Below, piece after piece: positions 59,770-64,000 of a stretch of DNA of 64,000 bases (positions within the stretch are counted from its first letter, which is position 1; each line of letters begins with the position of its first letter). Location of the stretch: IMG/VR virus record IMGVR_UViG_3300042335_000796, positions 27,524 to 91,523 of that record; one strand, 5' to 3'. The stretch comes from a virus. The position numbers and the translations under genes were made by a program. The notes beneath the pieces are model-generated. The model had not been told where the DNA came from, did not search any database, and saw only the letters and a list, made by a program, of their open reading frames with translations.

Positions 59770-60069
59770 ATGAGTAAAAAAGAAAAGCACGTAGTAATTA
59801 CTAAAAATCCTCAAATTTTTGATGAGTATTTTAAATTACCATTTAAATTTAATGGTGAATATATATATTATAAAGTTTTTAGCAGACTTGAAAAAGCTAT
59901 TGAATTTGCTGAAATAGAGGCACAAATTTATCATAAAAACTTAGGCATTAAAATTCCAATTGAATTGGAACAAGACGTTGAAATACCGTTATTAAATAAT
60001 ATTATTGGTTATTCTGTAACTTGCAATAATAAAAATTGGATTGTTCAACAAAATCCTGCTTGGGTATAA
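59770..60069 (+). CDS. Hypothetical protein
   Basis: 99 aa ORF. Confidence 0.5.
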   Translation: MSKKEKHVVITKNPQIFDEYFKLPFKFNGEYIYYKVFSRLEKAIEFAEIEAQIYHKNLGIKIPIELEQDVEIPLLNNIIGYSVTCNNKNWIVQQNPAWV

Positions 60070-60080
60070 TATTTATATTT

Positions 60081-60458
60081 ATGGATTTTAATAAATTATT
60101 AAATAAACTACAAAATAATTTACCTAATATTTTATCATGGGTAATTATTTATTTTATATATTTTTTTGTGTGCAATAGTGCAATATCAAAATTATTTAAT
60201 AATCCTGAAATGATTGAAGAATTAACAACATATGGTTTAATTAAATATAAGTATTTTATTGCAGTTTTTGAAATCATTGCGGTTTCTTTACTACTTTCGC
60301 AAAGATTTATGTTATTTGGGGTTGTATTATTAACTGGGTTAATGAGTGGTGCTATAGCTATTAATTTATCACACAATAATGGTATTGGTGTATTTTTACC
60401 CTTAATTATTGCAATGTTTGCCTGGGGATGGTATTTTTTACAGAAAAATAATAAATAG
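60081..60458 (+). CDS. DoxX-like membrane protein
   Basis: SAISKL...FEII...LLL...MSGAI pattern with 4 TM helices. Confidence 0.65.
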   Translation: MDFNKLLNKLQNNLPNILSWVIIYFIYFFVCNSAISKLFNNPEMIEELTTYGLIKYKYFIAVFEIIAVSLLLSQRFMLFGVVLLTGLMSGAIAINLSHNNGIGVFLPLIIAMFAWGWYFLQKNNK

Positions 60459-60459
60459 T

Positions 60460-60645
60460 ATGAATATTGGGGCCTTACATCAGCATAATATTGGTTGGGT
60501 TGTTAAAGATATTAATAATAATGAATACCCTGTACAAATTGACCAGTTGAATATTAATAATATTCATAAATTTAAAATTTCAAAAATTGTTAATTTTGAA
60601 ATTCTTGATGATAATTATGTTAAAATAATATGGTTGGACAATTAG
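60460..60645 (+). CDS. Small hypothetical protein, paralog of the next ORF
   Basis: MNIGAL...GWVV...IVNFEILDDNYVKII. Confidence 0.5.
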   Translation: MNIGALHQHNIGWVVKDINNNEYPVQIDQLNINNIHKFKISKIVNFEILDDNYVKIIWLDN

Positions 60646-60803
60646 AGTATAGTAATGGTTTTTGGGTAGTTTTTGTTGAAATTAATGATAATAAAAAATA
60701 TTATCATATTGCGCCAGAATATTTACCAATATTAGAATCATATCATGATGGTACAATTGTTGAAATTGAAATAATTAGTAATAATTTTGCTAAAATTATT
60801 TGA
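60630..60803 (+). CDS. 57-aa hypothetical protein (not in ORF track)
   Basis: Manual translation: MVGQLEYSNGFWVVF...IVEIEIISNNFAKII; similar to the previous ORF. Confidence 0.5.
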   Translation: MVGQLEYSNGFWVVFVEINDNKKYYHIAPEYLPILESYHDGTIVEIEIISNNFAKII

Positions 60804-60838
60804 TTTTTATAATATCTTGATATTTAATAATAAAAAAT

Positions 60839-61189
60839 ATGAAACATTTATTGAATAATTTAACGGAAGAAGATAAGTATAAAATACTTAAAATGCATTC
60901 AAAATTTAAACCAACTTTAAATGAGGATGAATATGAATATAATGAAGATGTATATAATCAATTAATTAAATTTGCAAATTCTTTTAAAATTTTGCATGAT
61001 TTAATTGATAATAATAATTTACAAATTTCTAAGGAAACTTATGACTCAATGATTGAGTTTATGAAACAATTACAAAATGAAATGAGAAATCTTAATCCAA
61101 AGGATGAGAAAAACTTTGATTTTTCATATTTCTGGTCAGGTACTGAAGTTAATAAAAACTTAAGTTTATATAATCGCAACAACAGTTAA
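60839..61189 (+). CDS. Hypothetical protein with LTEE leader
   Basis: MKHLLNNLTEEDKYKILKMH...LNE. Confidence 0.55.
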   Translation: MKHLLNNLTEEDKYKILKMHSKFKPTLNEDEYEYNEDVYNQLIKFANSFKILHDLIDNNNLQISKETYDSMIEFMKQLQNEMRNLNPKDEKNFDFSYFWSGTEVNKNLSLYNRNNS

Positions 61190-61215
61190 AATCTAAAAAT
61201 TATGATTTATTTTTT

Positions 61216-61243
61216 TATGGGAAGAATTTAAATTCTTCCCATA
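61216..61243. repeat. Perfect 28-bp palindrome, probably a terminator overlapping the next promoter
   Basis: TATGGGAAGAATTT|AAATTCTTCCCATA. Confidence 0.75.
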
Positions 61244-61260
61244 TTTATTTAATAAAAAAA

Positions 61261-62073
61261 ATGAATAATTTAATAGTAAATCTTAATTTAATAATTTCTG
61301 AAAATTCTAAAACACAAATTTTAGTTAATAAAGTCGGTTTAGATTTAAATACTGCCAATCATTTATATAGAATTGCTGGCAAATTATCAGTATTTATTGC
61401 AAATAAAATTATTAATTATTATTTTGAGTATTTAAATAAAAAATATTCAAACATTAACAAAGAATTCGTTATTGATTATTTAACAAATGATGAAGTTTTT
61501 TATACAGAACAAGATTCTATAAGAGATATTATAGAATATATTAAAATTGAATTAAATGGTAATATTGAACCAATTAAAAATAAAAATTATGAACAAATAC
61601 AACAGGAAGCTTATAACTGGAAAAAATTCATAGCAGATGGTCGAGGTAGTATAAATTATGTTGAAACGCATAATATAATTCTTGATTTCAGAAATCCTGA
61701 TGGTATGGGTTTTTATTGGGTAGATTTAGAAACCACAAAATCTTATGAAGAATGTTTAAGATTAAAACATTGTGGCGAAGGGGCTATGAATGAAAATTTA
61801 TATTCGTTACGAGAAAATATAATAATGAGCGAAAAATATTCAGTTAATAAAAGTTATATTACAATGGGGTTATTAAATGGTTATTTAACTGAAATGAAAT
61901 CTAATTATAATCAAAAACCTAAAGATTTTTTATCAAAATATATTATCCCAATTTTTAATTATAAAAATTCTTCAGGATTTCTTATAAAAGAATTGTCAAA
62001 TAATGTTAAAAAATACTTACCAATCGATGTTGTTAATTATTTATTAATTAATCGTAAAGAGTTATTATCATGA
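61261..62073 (+). CDS. PcfJ-like domain protein
   Basis: EECLRLKHCG...LYSLR...EMKSNYNQKP. Confidence 0.5.
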   Translation: MNNLIVNLNLIISENSKTQILVNKVGLDLNTANHLYRIAGKLSVFIANKIINYYFEYLNKKYSNINKEFVIDYLTNDEVFYTEQDSIRDIIEYIKIELNGNIEPIKNKNYEQIQQEAYNWKKFIADGRGSINYVETHNIILDFRNPDGMGFYWVDLETTKSYEECLRLKHCGEGAMNENLYSLRENIIMSEKYSVNKSYITMGLLNGYLTEMKSNYNQKPKDFLSKYIIPIFNYKNSSGFLIKELSNNVKKYLPIDVVNYLLINRKELLS

Positions 62074-62606
62074 AAACTTTAATCCGAAAACTATTAAAAG
62101 AACAAGAAGAAATAATAACACTTCCAAAATTTTATTATTTTGATAATGATTGGAATCTGGTATTGGAATTAAGTGAAGGTAAACCATTTAAAATTTTGGG
62201 TGATGTTAATTTAACTAATAATCAAGAAATAACAACTCTTGGCAATTGTTATGCTGTTGGTGGTCATTTGTATTTAAATTGGTGCCAAAATCTCGAATCA
62301 CTTGGAAATTTAACTGAAGTTGGTGGTGATTTCGATTTAAGGGAGACAAATATCCAATCACTTGAAAGTTTAACTGTTGTTGGTGGTAATTTGGATTTAT
62401 TTGGGTGCAAAAATCTCCAATCAATTGGAAATTTAACCGAAGTTGGTGGTTGGTTGGATTTATATTATTGCAAAAATCTCCAATCCCTTGGAAATTTAGC
62501 CGAAGTTGGTGGTTGGTTGGGATTGAGTTATACACCAATAGCTAATACCATGACAGAATATGAAATAAGACAACAAGTTAATGTTGGTGGTAATATTTAT
62601 TTATAA
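62070..62606 (+). CDS. Variable leucine-rich-repeat protein, copy 1 (5 units)
   Basis: 21-aa units of LQSLGNLTEVGGxLxLxxCxN. Confidence 0.8.
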   Translation: MKTLIRKLLKEQEEIITLPKFYYFDNDWNLVLELSEGKPFKILGDVNLTNNQEITTLGNCYAVGGHLYLNWCQNLESLGNLTEVGGDFDLRETNIQSLESLTVVGGNLDLFGCKNLQSIGNLTEVGGWLDLYYCKNLQSLGNLAEVGGWLGLSYTPIANTMTEYEIRQQVNVGGNIYL

Positions 62607-63271
62607 TGAAAAAATTAATCAGAAAACTATTAAAAGAAGAAGAAATAATAACTCTTCCACCATTTGAATATTTCGACTACGATTGGAACCTGGTATTGGA
62701 ATTAAGTGAAGGGAAACCATTTAAAATTTTGGGTGATGTTGATTTAATTAATAACCAAGAAATAACAACTCTTGGCAATTGTTATGCTGTTGCTGGTAAT
62801 TTGGATTTAAGATATTGTACAAATCTACAATCACTTGGAAATTTAACTGAAGTTGGTGGTAGTTTGAATTTAAGATATTGTACAAATCTCCAATCCCTTG
62901 GAAATTTAACCGAAGTTGGTAATCATTTGGATTTATATTGGTGTAAAAATCTCCAATCACTTGAAAGTTTAACTGTTGTTGGTGGTAATTTGGATTTATT
63001 TGGGTGCAAAAATCTCCAATCTCTTGGAAATTTAACAGAAGTTGGTGGTTGGTTGGATTTATATTATTGCCAAAATCTCGAATCACTTGGAAATTTAGCC
63101 GAAGTTGGTGGTTGGTTGGTTTTAGAAAATTGTACAAATCTCGAATCACTTGGAAATTTAACCGAAGTTGGTAATCATTTGGATTTAAGAAATACACCAA
63201 TAGCTAAGACAATGACAGAAAATAAAATAAGACAACAAGTTAATGTTGGTGGTAATATTTATTGGCGGTAA
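62606..63271 (+). CDS. Variable leucine-rich-repeat protein, copy 2 (7 units)
   Basis: Same N- and C-caps as copy 1. Confidence 0.8.
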   Translation: MKKLIRKLLKEEEIITLPPFEYFDYDWNLVLELSEGKPFKILGDVDLINNQEITTLGNCYAVAGNLDLRYCTNLQSLGNLTEVGGSLNLRYCTNLQSLGNLTEVGNHLDLYWCKNLQSLESLTVVGGNLDLFGCKNLQSLGNLTEVGGWLDLYYCQNLESLGNLAEVGGWLVLENCTNLESLGNLTEVGNHLDLRNTPIAKTMTENKIRQQVNVGGNIYWR

Positions 63272-63283
63272 TATTTATTTATA

Positions 63284-63889
63284 ATGAAAACTTTAATCCG
63301 AAAACTATTAAAAGAACAAGAAGAAATAATAACACTTCCACCATTTCATTATTTCGATAATGATTGGAACCTGGTATTGGAATTAAGTGAAGGGAAACCA
63401 TTTAAAATTTTGGGTGATGTTAAATTAAATAATAATCAAGAAATAACAACTCTTGGCAATTGTTATGCTGTTGGTGGTGATTTGGATTTAAGATATTGTA
63501 CAAATCTCCAATCACTTGGAAATTTAACCGAAGTTGGTGGTTGGTTGGATTTAGAAAATTGTGCAAATCTCGAATCACTTGGAAATTTAACCGAAGTTGG
63601 TGGTTACTTGAATTTATTTGGGTGCAAAAATCTCCAATCCCTTGGAAATTTAACCAAAGTTGGTGGTTATTTGGATTTATTTGATTGCAAAAATCTCCAA
63701 TCCCTTGGAAATTTAACCGAAGTTGGTAGTGCTTTAAGTTTATATAATTGCAAAAATCTCCAATCACTTGGAAAGTTAACTGAAGTTGGTGGTCATTTGA
63801 ATTTGAGATATACACAAATAGCTAAGACAATGACAAAAAATGAAATAAGACAACAAGTTAATGTTGGTGGTAAAATTTATATGCTATGA
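63284..63889 (+). CDS. Variable leucine-rich-repeat protein, copy 3 (6 units)
   Basis: Same N- and C-caps as copy 1. Confidence 0.8.
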   Translation: MKTLIRKLLKEQEEIITLPPFHYFDNDWNLVLELSEGKPFKILGDVKLNNNQEITTLGNCYAVGGDLDLRYCTNLQSLGNLTEVGGWLDLENCANLESLGNLTEVGGYLNLFGCKNLQSLGNLTKVGGYLDLFDCKNLQSLGNLTEVGSALSLYNCKNLQSLGKLTEVGGHLNLRYTQIAKTMTKNEIRQQVNVGGKIYML

Positions 63890-64000
63890 AAACTTTAATC
63901 CGAAAACTATTAAAAGAACAAGAAGAAATAATAACACTTCCACCATTTCATTATTTTGATAATGATTGGAACCTGGTATTGGAATTAAGTGAAGGAAAAC
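63886..64000 (+). CDS. Variable leucine-rich-repeat protein, copy 4 (truncated by window end)
   Basis: MKTLIRKLLKEQEEIITLPPFHYFDNDWNLVLELSEGK, identical to the start of copy 3. Confidence 0.85.
   Translation, partial: MKTLIRKLLKEQEEIITLPPFHYFDNDWNLVLELSEGK

Noticed and set aside
62215-63815. Long antisense ORFs over the LRR genes
   Set aside because: Shadow frames of the 63-nt repeats with biased codons.
62070-64000. Diversity-generating retroelement or CRISPR array
   Set aside because: The repeats are in-frame coding units without unique spacers, and no reverse transcriptase or non-coding template repeat is visible in this window.

Overview
This 64 kb window is part of a large, very AT-rich tailed phage genome with a contractile-tail baseplate, translated with the standard genetic code. 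The host is probably in Bacteroidota: TAnnTTTG -7 promoter boxes head many operons, and the window encodes a Bacteroidota-type primary sigma factor, SprB-like repeats and an Hc1-like protein. Layout from left to right: end of nrdA; baseplate/tail-appendage module (0.9-23.2 kb); recombination/replication module with RuvC-like resolvase, primase, PD-(D/E)XK nuclease and SbcD/SbcC (23.2-29.9 kb); sigma70, membrane and probable head-internal proteins, DnaJ and glutaredoxin (30-47 kb); a 1.4 kb protein-free RNA locus (47.7-49.1 kb); GH19 lysis cassette; accessory genes (mgsA, HNH, CCA-adding enzyme, ART-like, purA); and a tandem family of variable leucine-rich-repeat genes running off the right edge. 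The RNA locus is the main finding. Two rrn-like tandem promoters and a boxA precede a ~165 nt folded scaffold with the topology of a type V-F (Cas12f)/TnpB tracr or omega RNA. The scaffold runs directly into a 30-nt spacer and a 3-repeat CRISPR mini-array, followed by an ~800 nt highly structured RNA of GOLLD-like size. No cas gene is present in the window. Other notable items are a gene whose predicted mRNA ends are closed by a perfect 14-bp inverted repeat, and a TATTTATA phage promoter class linked to proteins sharing an N-terminal (I/L)xE leader. All family assignments come from motif recognition by eye; no database searches were run.
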